Positions 1 to 9,501 of a stretch of DNA of 64,000 nucleotides are shown in pieces (within the stretch, counting starts at the first letter, position 1; each line of letters begins with the position of its first letter). The stretch is from an uncultured virus (IMG/VR IMGVR_UViG_3300000255_000001) (lineage: Duplodnaviria; Heunggongvirae; Uroviricota; Caudoviricetes): IMG/VR virus record IMGVR_UViG_3300000255_000001. One strand, written 5' to 3'. The notes beneath the pieces are model-generated. The model saw only the letters and a program-made list of their open reading frames with translations. It made no database searches and was not told the origin of the DNA. A program made the translations under genes and the position numbers.

Positions 1-332
1 CTGTCATTAATAGTTCTACATATCAAGCATTTTGTGCAGGGTTTAGAGAAGCATTTAAAACACATTCGTTATTTGGTGAATCTAGGATAAATTATACACT
101 TTCATGGTGTGTAAAAAGAGACGTAAAAAATGGAAAATCAAGTGCGTTTGGAGCAAGACTTGGATTTTTATATGCTATGGATAATAAAATTAGTCTTGTT
201 GATGTTAATAATTTTGAATTTTTAAAAGAGTTATTTACAGATTCTGATATTGAAAATTATACAAATGTAACTGATGAATTAAAAGAAAAATTATATCAAA
301 AACAATATATTATAAATAAAAGAAAGTGTTAG
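1..332 (+). CDS. 5'-truncated glycosyltransferase-like phage protein (paralog of 4753..5670 and 49497..50189)
   Basis: Frame 3 is open to TAG at 330-332; NSSTYQAFCAGFRE...KNGKSSAFGARLG...VNNFEFLKELF matches the C-terminal motifs of the two paralogs. Confidence 0.65.
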   Translation, partial: VINSSTYQAFCAGFREAFKTHSLFGESRINYTLSWCVKRDVKNGKSSAFGARLGFLYAMDNKISLVDVNNFEFLKELFTDSDIENYTNVTDELKEKLYQKQYIINKRKC

Positions 333-356
333 TTATTATATAACCCTATACTCATA

Positions 357-527
357 CTATCCTGTCCATGGACCAGATTCATCAAAAGAAATCCATGGTA
401 ATTTAAACTGCATAGGTCGCATTAAATTTATTTTCCATTTAACATATGATAAAAAACTTCCTGGCATTTCAGGATGAGTAATTCCTCGATCTGGGGTTTT
501 AATTTTTAAAAATATAGTATTAAACAT
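357..527 (-). CDS. 56-aa peptide, last gene of the GNAT/PP-loop/SET operon
   Basis: MFNTIFLKIKTPDRGITHPEMPGSFLSYVKWKINLMRPMQFKLPWISFDESGPWTG*; starts 12 nt after the SET gene stop; below the ORF-track cutoff. Confidence 0.55.
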   Translation of the reverse strand: MFNTIFLKIKTPDRGITHPEMPGSFLSYVKWKINLMRPMQFKLPWISFDESGPWTG

Positions 528-539
528 TTAACATTTTCT

Positions 540-1028
540 CTACATAACAGGATGAGAGTTTAAAAGATTAGACAATTCTTTAGAAGATTTGTCTAAATTT
601 GAATCTGCACTTATTCCGGTAACAGTTTTATTTGTTTCTTTATCCATAAATTTCACAGTATCATTTTCGGATAAAATATATTCATAATTTACTGTCAGTT
701 CATCGCCGATAAGTATATCTCTTTTAGCAATACCTAACCCCTGGTAATATAATATATTAGGATCAAAAGAATGATTTATATTATCATCTACTTCCAATGT
801 TGTACTATATACAAATTTATCATATACCCATCTGCAAGCACTTTTTTGAAATATTTTATCACTCCGGGTTGCTCTTAATTGTAAATATTCATCCTCGCTT
901 ATGACGGTTTCGTCTCCGTCTCGGCCCCAATAAAATACTATACTTCTTTGAGGTATACGTTCAAGAGCATATAATCCTGCACCATGAAGATTAGAATTTC
1001 TGTTTTCTAGTTCAAAGTAAAACATCAA
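540..1028 (-). CDS. SET-domain protein (putative lysine methyltransferase)
   Basis: HGAGLYA, INHSFDPN, AKRDILIGDELTVNY motifs. Confidence 0.85.
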   Translation of the reverse strand: MMFYFELENRNSNLHGAGLYALERIPQRSIVFYWGRDGDETVISEDEYLQLRATRSDKIFQKSACRWVYDKFVYSTTLEVDDNINHSFDPNILYYQGLGIAKRDILIGDELTVNYEYILSENDTVKFMDKETNKTVTGISADSNLDKSSKELSNLLNSHPVM

Positions 1029-1995
1029 GTATTCCTCCTATACAAGTATCATACATACTGTTAGGATATTTTTCTTGTAAAGGATACCGAAATAATTTAT
1101 TAAATTTATCATTTTCATTATATTTTTCCTTGTAATGTTTTTTAACTTTTTCAAACCCCGTTTGATCTTTTCTATTAGGCAAATCTATATCATATGCAAT
1201 CTTGTATAATTTGTTCTTTTCAGTATAGTAAGGCCACACATTTGGATCTTTTATCTTACATTCTTTTTGATATTCTATTACTTTGTTACAACCTTCTAAT
1301 AATATTTTAGGTGAATAGTAACACAAATTTGTTATGCAAGGTTGTTTTATTTTTTCTATAAATCTCAATTGTGATCCGATAGCGGCATTAGCACCATAAC
1401 ATATAATGGGATAGTTATGTTCGCCTATAGTTTGTACACCATAGTGTTCTTTTTTTATACTGTGATCCTTTAAGTCAACCCATTTTATTCCTGCTTCTAC
1501 AATATTTAAATCTATATCATCTAACAATACTACGGGCGGACAACCATCTACTAGTATTATATCTGCATTGGTTAATGTATACATCTTAAAAAATGTTGCA
1601 TATTGTGGCGATGCACATTCTGCAAGATCAGTATAATATTCGTATTCGCCACTTTCAAAAAAATCTAATAAATTAAAATCTTTTATATAATGCTTTATGT
1701 TATGTTCTTGGCAAAATTTTATTGCTGAATCTACTTCCCAATCATTGAAATCATTATCATATTTAAATGTTAATGCGTGGAAAGGTATTTTTAATTTGCA
1801 TAACATTAAACATAAAAATTGAGAATCTATACCGCCTGACAGCTGAACTTCTATAGCTTTATATTCTTTTAAATCATCAATTAAATCTGGCCAGCCAATA
1901 GAATCTTCTACAGACATATTGATAGATGCTTGCATATTTACAAAATCTATCCCCCAATAATCTTTATAAAATGATTTATATCCTGTAGATAACAT
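1012..1995 (-). CDS. PP-loop ATP pyrophosphatase / asparagine-synthase-like protein
   Basis: LSGGIDSQ PP-loop; C-terminal RKDQTGFE. Confidence 0.7.
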   Translation of the reverse strand: MLSTGYKSFYKDYWGIDFVNMQASINMSVEDSIGWPDLIDDLKEYKAIEVQLSGGIDSQFLCLMLCKLKIPFHALTFKYDNDFNDWEVDSAIKFCQEHNIKHYIKDFNLLDFFESGEYEYYTDLAECASPQYATFFKMYTLTNADIILVDGCPPVVLLDDIDLNIVEAGIKWVDLKDHSIKKEHYGVQTIGEHNYPIICYGANAAIGSQLRFIEKIKQPCITNLCYYSPKILLEGCNKVIEYQKECKIKDPNVWPYYTEKNKLYKIAYDIDLPNRKDQTGFEKVKKHYKEKYNENDKFNKLFRYPLQEKYPNSMYDTCIGGILDVLL

Positions 1996-2413
1996 AACAA
2001 TTTACTCCCCAATCGGCCTTTTCAAATTCTGAATCTTTAATAAATCCAACATTAGTATATACAGACATTGCTGTATCTTTAGGATAACTCCATATTCCAT
2101 CACCACCAAGATTTTTTGCTGTTTGTATTGCTTGTTCCAATAGTAATTTACCAAAACCTTTACATCTATATTCAGGTAATACATATAATCCTCGTGAACG
2201 ATATAGATTATTAGGAGTTAGATGTAAACTATTCACACCACACAGTTTATCTTTTATATAAAACCCAAAAAAAGTTATATTTAATTCATCTTCAGATAAA
2301 GTCCACCTTGCATTTTTATCTTTGTAAACCATTTGGGCATATTTTTTGTGTTTCCTACCAGGATGCAATAATTCCCACAATGGTAAAACATCTTCGAATT
2401 TTATTAGTAACAT
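1976..2413 (-). CDS. GNAT acetyltransferase
   Basis: RGLYVLPEYRCKGFGKLLL acetyl-CoA motif A; likely start MLLIKF at 2413. Confidence 0.85.
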   Translation of the reverse strand: MLLIKFEDVLPLWELLHPGRKHKKYAQMVYKDKNARWTLSEDELNITFFGFYIKDKLCGVNSLHLTPNNLYRSRGLYVLPEYRCKGFGKLLLEQAIQTAKNLGGDGIWSYPKDTAMSVYTNVGFIKDSEFEKADWGVNCYVIYRI

Positions 2414-2422
2414 CTTTTTTTC

Positions 2423-2451
2423 TTGACAAACTAGTGAGAATATAATATAAT
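2423..2451 (+). promoter_or_regulatory. sigma70 promoter
   Basis: TTGACA-17bp-TATAAT. Confidence 0.8.
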
Positions 2452-2465
2452 AGTATATGTAAGTA

Positions 2466-2473
2466 TATTTATA
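2466..2473 (-). promoter_or_regulatory. T4-like late promoter for the GNAT operon
   Basis: TATAAATA on the minus strand. Confidence 0.55.
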
Positions 2474-2486
2474 GTTAAATATTAAC

Positions 2487-3299
2487 ATGTCGAAGATTAT
2501 AGTAGTTTCAGGCGGTTTCGACCCTATTCACAAAGGGCATATCGCACTATTTGAATCAGCAAAAGCACTAGGAGATACACTTATAGTAGCGTTAAACAGT
2601 GATAAGTGGCTTCAGCGTAAAAAAGGCAGGTCTTTTATGTTGTTTGAAGAACGCCGTCTTATTACACGCAATTTACGTATGGTTGATGAAGTTTTCTCGT
2701 TTAATGATAATGACAATACTGCTATAGACGCATTAAAGAAAGTTAAAAGGCATTTCCCTGACGACACTATTGTATTTGCCAATGGTGGAGATCGTGGTAA
2801 AAACAATGTTCCAGAGCAAGAAGTAGAAGGTGTAGAGTTCGTGTTTAGTGTTGGTGGTGATGACAAGAAAAATTCCTCAAGCGATTTAATAAAGAACTAT
2901 AAATTTGGTATGACATATGAGGATTTTGGTTATTATAACATATTATACAATGACACAACATGTCGTGTAAAAGAAGTACATATTGATCCATACGAATCCA
3001 TGCAAATGGAACGACATTTAAAGAAAAGCGAATTTTGGTTTGTTGCTAAAGGTGATTGCGAGGTAGAATATGCTTGGCCAGATAATATTGATAAATTAAA
3101 ACATCGATCACTCACAAAGTATATGCATTTTTATGTTCCAGCAGGACAATTTCACCGTTTATACAATGAAACAAAGCAACCTTGTAAAATATTAGTAATG
3201 GAATACAGTCCTACAGCAGACGTTAGATTTGATGATGACTGCGAACCAATTGAAACCTATCGTAACCCTATCCCTATTACTAGTACAGCATTTTTATGA
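2487..3299 (+). CDS. cytidylyltransferase (RfaE/TagD-like) fused to a cupin domain
   Basis: SGGFDPIHKGH (HxGH), FANGGDR; C-terminal cupin RHxxKSEFW...FHRLYN. Confidence 0.85.
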   Translation: MSKIIVVSGGFDPIHKGHIALFESAKALGDTLIVALNSDKWLQRKKGRSFMLFEERRLITRNLRMVDEVFSFNDNDNTAIDALKKVKRHFPDDTIVFANGGDRGKNNVPEQEVEGVEFVFSVGGDDKKNSSSDLIKNYKFGMTYEDFGYYNILYNDTTCRVKEVHIDPYESMQMERHLKKSEFWFVAKGDCEVEYAWPDNIDKLKHRSLTKYMHFYVPAGQFHRLYNETKQPCKILVMEYSPTADVRFDDDCEPIETYRNPIPITSTAFL

Positions 3300-3312
3300 A
3301 ACTAAATAGTGT

Positions 3313-3606
3313 ATGCGTTGGACACAAGAAACAAGAGAAGAACGAGCAAAGAGATTGAGCCAATGGCATAAATGGTTTGCTTGGCGCCCTGTCCGTGTAT
3401 GGAAATTAAATCCAAGAAAATCTCACAGAACACATAAAGAAATGCAGATGTTAGAACATTCTAATCAAGTTATATGGTTAGAGCGTATTATGCGAAAGTT
3501 TGAAGATGATACTAGAATTTACGCAAGTTCACAAGAAGAAGTAACAATGATACAACTAGCAGACCCATTAATTAGACATAGAATAATTATTCGAGAGGAT
3601 GATTGA
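3313..3606 (+). CDS. hypothetical protein
   Basis: WHKWFAWRPV motif; preceded by TAAATA. Confidence 0.6.
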   Translation: MRWTQETREERAKRLSQWHKWFAWRPVRVWKLNPRKSHRTHKEMQMLEHSNQVIWLERIMRKFEDDTRIYASSQEEVTMIQLADPLIRHRIIIREDD

Positions 3607-3809
3607 TGCCAACATATGAATATAAATGTGATAATGAAAATTGCGAACATACTTTAGAAATAACACAATCCATTAAGGATGAACCATTGGAATTTTGCCC
3701 AAATTGTGGTGAAAACACATTTAAAAGAGTACCCTCGTTATCAGCATTTATTTTAAAAGGAGATGGTTGGTATAAAAACACCACTAAACCTTCAGATAAA
3801 GACTCGTAA
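3603..3809 (+). CDS. FmdB-family zinc-ribbon protein
   Basis: MPTYEYKC..C...CPNCG...FILKGDGWY. Confidence 0.9.
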   Translation: MMPTYEYKCDNENCEHTLEITQSIKDEPLEFCPNCGENTFKRVPSLSAFILKGDGWYKNTTKPSDKDS

Positions 3810-3817
3810 ATACGAGT

Positions 3818-4465
3818 ATGGTTACCTTAGAAGAAAATTCTTTGGCAACACTACTCACAAGTCACTCAACAATGAAAAAAGATAGAATCATATTAACAGA
3901 TGTAGATGGTGTCTTGCTAGACTGGGAATTCGCGTTTCATACGTGGATGGAAGAACATGGTCACACGGCAGGAAACGGACATAAACTAGTTTATAGCGTA
4001 GCAAAGCGTTTTAGTATAACTGGTAACAATGCTAAAAAATTAGTAGAATTTTTTAATGAGAGTGCTTCAATAGGCTTCCTCCCCCCATTGCGTGATGCTA
4101 TGTATTACGTAAAAAAACTACATGAGCAACATGGTTACGCATTTCACGCAATCACGTCATTAAGTTTGAATAGACACGCGATACGTTTAAGAGAACAAAA
4201 TTTGTCTAAACTGTTTGGTGACACAGCATTTGAAAAAGTAGTTTGTTTAGATACTGGCGTTGATAAAGATGACGCATTAGAACCTTATAGAGATTCAGGA
4301 TGTTGGTGGGTAGAAGACAAAATGAAAAATGTAGATACTGGCGAAAAAATGGGGTTACGCGGTATACTAATGGAACATGGACATAATATGGATTATGAAG
4401 GCCCTGCTTTAGTTGCTAAAAATTGGAAGGATATTTACAACTATATTACTAATCCTTCATCGTAA
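3818..4465 (+). CDS. HAD-family 5'-nucleotidase-like protein
   Basis: ILTDVDGVLLDW (DxDGV), WVEDK. Confidence 0.8.
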   Translation: MVTLEENSLATLLTSHSTMKKDRIILTDVDGVLLDWEFAFHTWMEEHGHTAGNGHKLVYSVAKRFSITGNNAKKLVEFFNESASIGFLPPLRDAMYYVKKLHEQHGYAFHAITSLSLNRHAIRLREQNLSKLFGDTAFEKVVCLDTGVDKDDALEPYRDSGCWWVEDKMKNVDTGEKMGLRGILMEHGHNMDYEGPALVAKNWKDIYNYITNPSS

Positions 4466-4790
4466 AGGATTCACCACATCCACAAGATGTAGTATCTGGG
4501 ATCATAACCTTAAATGCTGGCATAAAATCACCAGTATAATCAATTGTTGCGCCAGTCATATGTGTAATTGTAAATTTATCTATAAGGAATTGTTTGCTTT
4601 CTCCTAATTCGAAAGTAATATCACCATCTTCTAACTCTGTAGAATTTTCCCATTTGCCAATCAACCCCGAGCATCCGCCGCCATCAAGTAAATAGCGGAC
4701 GTAAGGCACGTCATTCTTAGTAGCAATTGTTAATAACTGCTTTTTTGCTGTTTCAGTTAGTGTTATATTGTATTCCATATTCTCTCTCAA
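4449..4790 (-). CDS. iscA: IscA/HesB Fe-S cluster carrier
   Basis: ITLTETA, GGGCSG, GATIDY, SCGCGESF. Confidence 0.9.
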   Translation of the reverse strand: MRENMEYNITLTETAKKQLLTIATKNDVPYVRYLLDGGGCSGLIGKWENSTELEDGDITFELGESKQFLIDKFTITHMTGATIDYTGDFMPAFKVMIPDTTSCGCGESFTMKD

Positions 4791-5670
4791 AAGTTTTCTT
4801 TAACCAATCATAATTGTCGGAAGTATTTCTGTATTCTTCTATCCAATTATTACATATTGTAGCACATTTTATGCCGTATGTCACTCCTTCTATACAGTAT
4901 TTACCATTTTTTTGCTCCTCGCCCACAGTTGCCCAATGATTTAATCTTTCTTCAGTTTCTTTCAAATTTGAATTTAAATTTAATAAACGAAATGTAAGCC
5001 TATTTCCCATCCTGAATCCAGTTTTCCAAGCATCATACGGAGAGGAATTAAAAAAGTCTACACTAGCAATTGCATTCGGTCGAATTCCTTCGCATTTGAA
5101 TGAATCTGCCTCGATTGATTTTATCGACTCTTTACTGTCTATATCGTTTATATAATTATATGGTATATTAAAATTAGTATCACACTTCCAATTGTATAGA
5201 CTATCAGATTTAAATGCTAAACCGATTGGGCTATGAGTGCCAATTTCTCCATTAACAGGATTTATAGAATTCCAAGTAATGCAATGTCTTGCTTTAACAT
5301 AATCGTAATTAAGTTCGTTGTGATCTAATGATGCTATACTTTGCAACCATTCTTGCGGTGGTTTAAAGTTAAAATCCTTACATATCATTGAATCTCCCTC
5401 TACAATAAAATAAAAAGGAGTTTCTGCTAATTCTCTGCAAGCATTATACGCATTGAGTATTCCTTTAACCCCATTTACACGTTTAGCACTAGGCACACGC
5501 TTTTTTAATAATTCATAATGTTTATCAGCAGCTTTTTCATTATAACTCATAAACACTACGTCTAAATGTGGTTCTGGTATAGGTTTTACATCAGATAAAT
5601 CAGAATTATATTCAATAAACTTATTAACAGTTTCTAAGTCAATATATTGTTTGGTTAAATCTAACTTCAT
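4753..5670 (-). CDS. glycosyltransferase-like phage protein
   Basis: DVVFMSYNE, KRVNGVKGILNAY, FIVEGDS, NSSPYDAWKTGFR; start set by TAAATA-N5-ATG. Confidence 0.65.
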   Translation of the reverse strand: MKLDLTKQYIDLETVNKFIEYNSDLSDVKPIPEPHLDVVFMSYNEKAADKHYELLKKRVPSAKRVNGVKGILNAYNACRELAETPFYFIVEGDSMICKDFNFKPPQEWLQSIASLDHNELNYDYVKARHCITWNSINPVNGEIGTHSPIGLAFKSDSLYNWKCDTNFNIPYNYINDIDSKESIKSIEADSFKCEGIRPNAIASVDFFNSSPYDAWKTGFRMGNRLTFRLLNLNSNLKETEERLNHWATVGEEQKNGKYCIEGVTYGIKCATICNNWIEEYRNTSDNYDWLKKTFEREYGIQYNTN

Positions 5671-5709
5671 ACTGATATTTAATAAATACATATAAACGGA
5701 AGCACTATT

Positions 5710-6696
5710 ATGAGCACGATGAAAAGTTTTATAACAACATTAGATCTGGTTATGCAGGATAAAGTTGAGCCTGAAACAGTAGTAGAAGAGGATGAGATAG
5801 AAGAAACTCTTACTATTAATGAAGATGGTGAAATTGTAGATGAAAATTTGTTAACTGATAAACTTAAAGCTGCTGAATCAGCGGTTTTGAGCGCGACGGA
5901 CATCATTATGGGTGGCAAATATGATGAAAGTGTAGAACAAGAGTGGAAAGCCTTTGATGATCTATATGAAAATATTAAACAAACAAATAAACTCAAAGTT
6001 ATGTCTGGCCAACAATTAGACGAGGCATTTACCAGGCAACATTTTGAATTATTTGCTGGTATGTTAAAAAATATTAGTGATGATGGTGCTCGTAATGATT
6101 ACGCGGGTCGTTTAGTAGCAATGTTTGAGAAGGATAATCCTCGTTTTAATAAAGAACAGTTCCTACAAGCCGCAGGTATTGATACTGCTGATGAGAAAAC
6201 AGAACTTGTATATGATGAAACTGGGAAGGTACATCAAATTAGACCATCTGAAGTAGATGCTTTCTTACAAGGGCATCCTGGCCGTGGTTTGGCCGAAGGA
6301 GCAGTCAATGAAATTTGGGCACCAAGTAAAGAAATAGATGATATGGAATTCCCCACTACAGGTGTAAAGGACGGTTGGAAGAAAGGAGATAGTGAAGAAT
6401 TAGTTTCATCAGATTGGGGCTCATCAGATTGGACTGTTGCAATGGAAGCAATGTGGGATTCACTTCTTAGACAGCATGATGGCAAAGTAACTCCTGAAAC
6501 AATGGAGGCGGCCGCTGAAGAAGTTATTATGGCGCATGGTGAACAAATGGGTTATGATGAAGGTTCATTTGGTGAAGGTGTTTCACAAGTTATTTCTATG
6601 TTTTTAAATAGACAAGATGGTATAAAAGATTCGAATATGATCGGCCTAGCAAATGATACTCATAGATATGCTGGCAAAACAAAATATATGAAATAA
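5710..6696 (+). CDS. acidic hypothetical protein, probable internal head protein
   Basis: Late promoter upstream; repeated L/V-x-E|A/G/N putative prohead-protease sites. Confidence 0.6.
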   Translation: MSTMKSFITTLDLVMQDKVEPETVVEEDEIEETLTINEDGEIVDENLLTDKLKAAESAVLSATDIIMGGKYDESVEQEWKAFDDLYENIKQTNKLKVMSGQQLDEAFTRQHFELFAGMLKNISDDGARNDYAGRLVAMFEKDNPRFNKEQFLQAAGIDTADEKTELVYDETGKVHQIRPSEVDAFLQGHPGRGLAEGAVNEIWAPSKEIDDMEFPTTGVKDGWKKGDSEELVSSDWGSSDWTVAMEAMWDSLLRQHDGKVTPETMEAAAEEVIMAHGEQMGYDEGSFGEGVSQVISMFLNRQDGIKDSNMIGLANDTHRYAGKTKYMK

Positions 6697-6721
6697 AAAC
6701 ATTAATTAAGGGAGATAGTTA

Positions 6722-6994
6722 ATGGCTGGACACTTAAAAAATGCCGCAATCGCGGCAAATCGTAAATGTAATTTTTCTTATTACTGCTATCACGCATGGA
6801 TAGCAAGTAGAGCAGGTGCTTTATTGGGTTATTTGTCAATCATGTCATTTGTTCATGCTTTTTTCCCATTCATATATGCTAAATTTGGATTAGCAAAATT
6901 AATTGTCCGTAATACTAACAATATACGCAGATCTATCCCAGATTGGGAAGGTTGGAAAGAGTTAGACAACTGGAATGACGAGAAATACAAATAA
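6722..6994 (+). CDS. DUF6356-like small membrane-associated protein
   Basis: HL...Y..H...FVHAFFPFIY pattern; paralog of 53620..53826. Confidence 0.55.
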   Translation: MAGHLKNAAIAANRKCNFSYYCYHAWIASRAGALLGYLSIMSFVHAFFPFIYAKFGLAKLIVRNTNNIRRSIPDWEGWKELDNWNDEKYK

Positions 6995-6995
6995 C

Positions 6996-7024
6996 TTGAC
7001 ATTTTACCCAAATTGTTATACAAT
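6996..7024 (+). promoter_or_regulatory. sigma70 promoter, leaderless into ATG 7031
   Basis: TTGACA-17bp-TACAAT. Confidence 0.75.
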
Positions 7025-7030
7025 TATAAC

Positions 7031-7501
7031 ATGACTAAAAAATATATTTACCTTGCTGGCCCGATAGCGCAATGCAATTATCAGGAAGCAAACGATTGGC
7101 GTGGTTATGTTCGTGACAAATTACATACAAACATAATTGGAATTTCCCCACTACGTTGTGAGCCTATGGAAGGCGAAACATACGGCCCAGGTAACGACCC
7201 GCGTTACAATTCCCCTGGAGCAATAGCGGCTAAGAATTGGTATGACACAGAAAAGTGTGATTTAATTCTTGCGTATATGCCACGTGAATTAAATGAACGC
7301 AGGCCATCTTATGGTACAACTATTGAAATTGGTTGGGCCATTGGTTTGAAAAAACCTATTATACTGGTCACAGATGACGCATACTTGACAGAGCATCCTT
7401 TAATTAGAGCAAATGTAAATTGGGTGTTTGAAGATTTTGAAAATGCTATAGATGTTATACATGGATTATTTGACGATTACGTAGGCAATGGATATAACTG
7501 A
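7031..7501 (+). CDS. nucleoside 2-deoxyribosyltransferase-like protein
   Basis: IYLAGPI, CDLILA, SYGTTIEIGWA. Confidence 0.85.
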   Translation: MTKKYIYLAGPIAQCNYQEANDWRGYVRDKLHTNIIGISPLRCEPMEGETYGPGNDPRYNSPGAIAAKNWYDTEKCDLILAYMPRELNERRPSYGTTIEIGWAIGLKKPIILVTDDAYLTEHPLIRANVNWVFEDFENAIDVIHGLFDDYVGNGYN

Positions 7502-7694
7502 AATACATTGTGTAGATAATGGGCAAATTGCTCCAGCAGATATATTGCATAAAAATGATAGAATGTTGGAAGTTGCTATTGTAGGCACCAACACCCCCAT
7601 AAAATTATTTAAAAAAACTCCTGATGCAAAAGTATATTATGGTAGATATGCTGGCCTAGAGTTTACTTCTACAGGCGAACCACCTAAAACGTAG
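7488..7694 (+). CDS. hypothetical protein
   Basis: Overlaps upstream gene; ends YAGLEFTS. Confidence 0.6.
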   Translation: MDITEIHCVDNGQIAPADILHKNDRMLEVAIVGTNTPIKLFKKTPDAKVYYGRYAGLEFTSTGEPPKT

Positions 7695-7769
7695 AGTTCT
7701 TGCAAGTAGTATTATTGGTATTTAACTAAATACTGGTAGATATTACTTTAATGGAGCACACCACGTTTA

Positions 7770-8543
7770 ATGAACGATTTTTACGATTTCGCTACACTTC
7801 TAATTGATAAAGAAAAGATTGAAAAAGTAATTCAGCGAAAGGCTTCTATAATTCAAAGAGCATTTGAAGAAAAACACAAATCTCCAGAAAGAATTATAAG
7901 CCTTGAATTTCACAGTATACTAGTAGATTTTGCCTTGCAAGGGTTAGATGTGAGCTATATCTCTGAAAATGAAAAACTTATCAAATATGTAGATAGTTTG
8001 TGTAAAGAATTTGATGTTAAAATTAAAAACCACAATATGCCATTAGATGCATTTTGTGTTAAATATCATATAAGTAAAGATGATCATCCACCATATGATG
8101 CTGTATTAGCATTAGATCAATATTTTACATATGCAACTAGTGAAGATGAGCAAAGAACTAACTTGCATAATGCTTTATCTTTATTACATTCAGACGGTAT
8201 TCTATTAACATCCTTGATGGATTATAAAAATATTAAATTTAATAATAAAATGTTTACTGAACCATTTTATATAAGCACTGGTGGAGTAGAACATATTCTA
8301 GTGTCTTACAGAAAATGGAATCAAGAGGACAGAAAAAAATGGATGCATTATTCATATGCTATTAACCAAACAGATAAAACAATGATAGCATTTGAACCAC
8401 AAGAACGACAAGCAATGTTTTTTAAACAATTGGCATATCATACTGCTACCGCAGGTTGGACTAATTTCACAGTTCATAAGAAACTGTTATATAAACCGAT
8501 ATATAGTAATAGCGGACAATATATTATATCAGTAACACAATAG
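7770..8543 (+). CDS. degenerate class I methyltransferase-like protein
   Basis: YDAVLALDQYFTY...LLHSDGILL resembles SAM-MTase core strands. Confidence 0.45.
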   Translation: MNDFYDFATLLIDKEKIEKVIQRKASIIQRAFEEKHKSPERIISLEFHSILVDFALQGLDVSYISENEKLIKYVDSLCKEFDVKIKNHNMPLDAFCVKYHISKDDHPPYDAVLALDQYFTYATSEDEQRTNLHNALSLLHSDGILLTSLMDYKNIKFNNKMFTEPFYISTGGVEHILVSYRKWNQEDRKKWMHYSYAINQTDKTMIAFEPQERQAMFFKQLAYHTATAGWTNFTVHKKLLYKPIYSNSGQYIISVTQ

Positions 8544-8551
8544 GAAAAAAT

Positions 8552-9442
8552 ATGGCCATTGCAACATTTGAAACATTATTATCACCAAGTTCTATTAGAA
8601 TAGAGCATGTTAATTTTGACACTAATGATTTAAGTGGTGATTATATAGATGGTGGTACAATAACACATTTTTCTAGTACTGGTATTAAAGATGACGCAAC
8701 TAATCTTGTATTACATATTGATGATAATGGTTTAAGTGTCGAAAGTCTTACTAGTAATGATATAGAAGTTACCAATATTACAGTTAGTGGTACAATGACC
8801 GTAGAAAATCTTAAATATAATTTTACACAAGAAGAAATAGTAGATAGTATCCACTTAGGTAAGCAAGGGTTAATTCATATGGGACATGATACAGTGTTAT
8901 CTCGTAGTGAATTAGGTTCAGGTGTTGCATATAGTAATTTAAGAACAGTAGGACATTTAGAGAAGTTAATAGTAATTGGCAATCTAGATGCAGGTTACAG
9001 TTTACACGTTAACTCGTTATCTAATCGAGTTGGTATTAATACTTCTGAACCCGTTGCCGCATTACACATACAGAATGATAGTGGTGCTGAATTAGTAGTT
9101 GATGGTGTTGGAGACAAAAGTTATATAGGTACTGCTCGAAATACTGATTTGGTATTTGGTACTAATATGCTTGGAAGTGAAAAAGCAGTACACATGACAG
9201 TATGTACTAATGGTAATGTTGGTATAGGTACTCGTGAGCCCACTGCTACATTAGAAGTACATGGTGATATTAAGTTTGACGGTGTTGCAATGTCTTCAGG
9301 CTATGCTACACCAAAACCAGGCTGGCATAACAAAAGTGAGATTATTTGGAATCAAGAGCCAGCAATTGGCCAGCCAATTGGTTGGGTCTGTATAGAGTCA
9401 GGCGACCCAGGATCATGGGCATTGTTTGGTCTAATCGAATAG
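8552..9442 (+). CDS. virion structural / fiber-like protein
   Basis: RVGINTSEP and GNVGIGTREPTATLEVHG repeats; C-terminal GWVC..SG.PG.W. Confidence 0.65.
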   Translation: MAIATFETLLSPSSIRIEHVNFDTNDLSGDYIDGGTITHFSSTGIKDDATNLVLHIDDNGLSVESLTSNDIEVTNITVSGTMTVENLKYNFTQEEIVDSIHLGKQGLIHMGHDTVLSRSELGSGVAYSNLRTVGHLEKLIVIGNLDAGYSLHVNSLSNRVGINTSEPVAALHIQNDSGAELVVDGVGDKSYIGTARNTDLVFGTNMLGSEKAVHMTVCTNGNVGIGTREPTATLEVHGDIKFDGVAMSSGYATPKPGWHNKSEIIWNQEPAIGQPIGWVCIESGDPGSWALFGLIE

Positions 9443-9501
9443 TCACTCTTTAAAATTCACTCTTTTATAATAAATATAATCATAATTCGGAGGTATCGAT
9501 T

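Noticed and set aside
357..1995. Canonical lasso peptide cluster
   Set aside because: No leader peptidase or RRE gene and no clear YxxP/Thr(-2)/Gly1 precursor pattern; kept only as a generic modification hypothesis.
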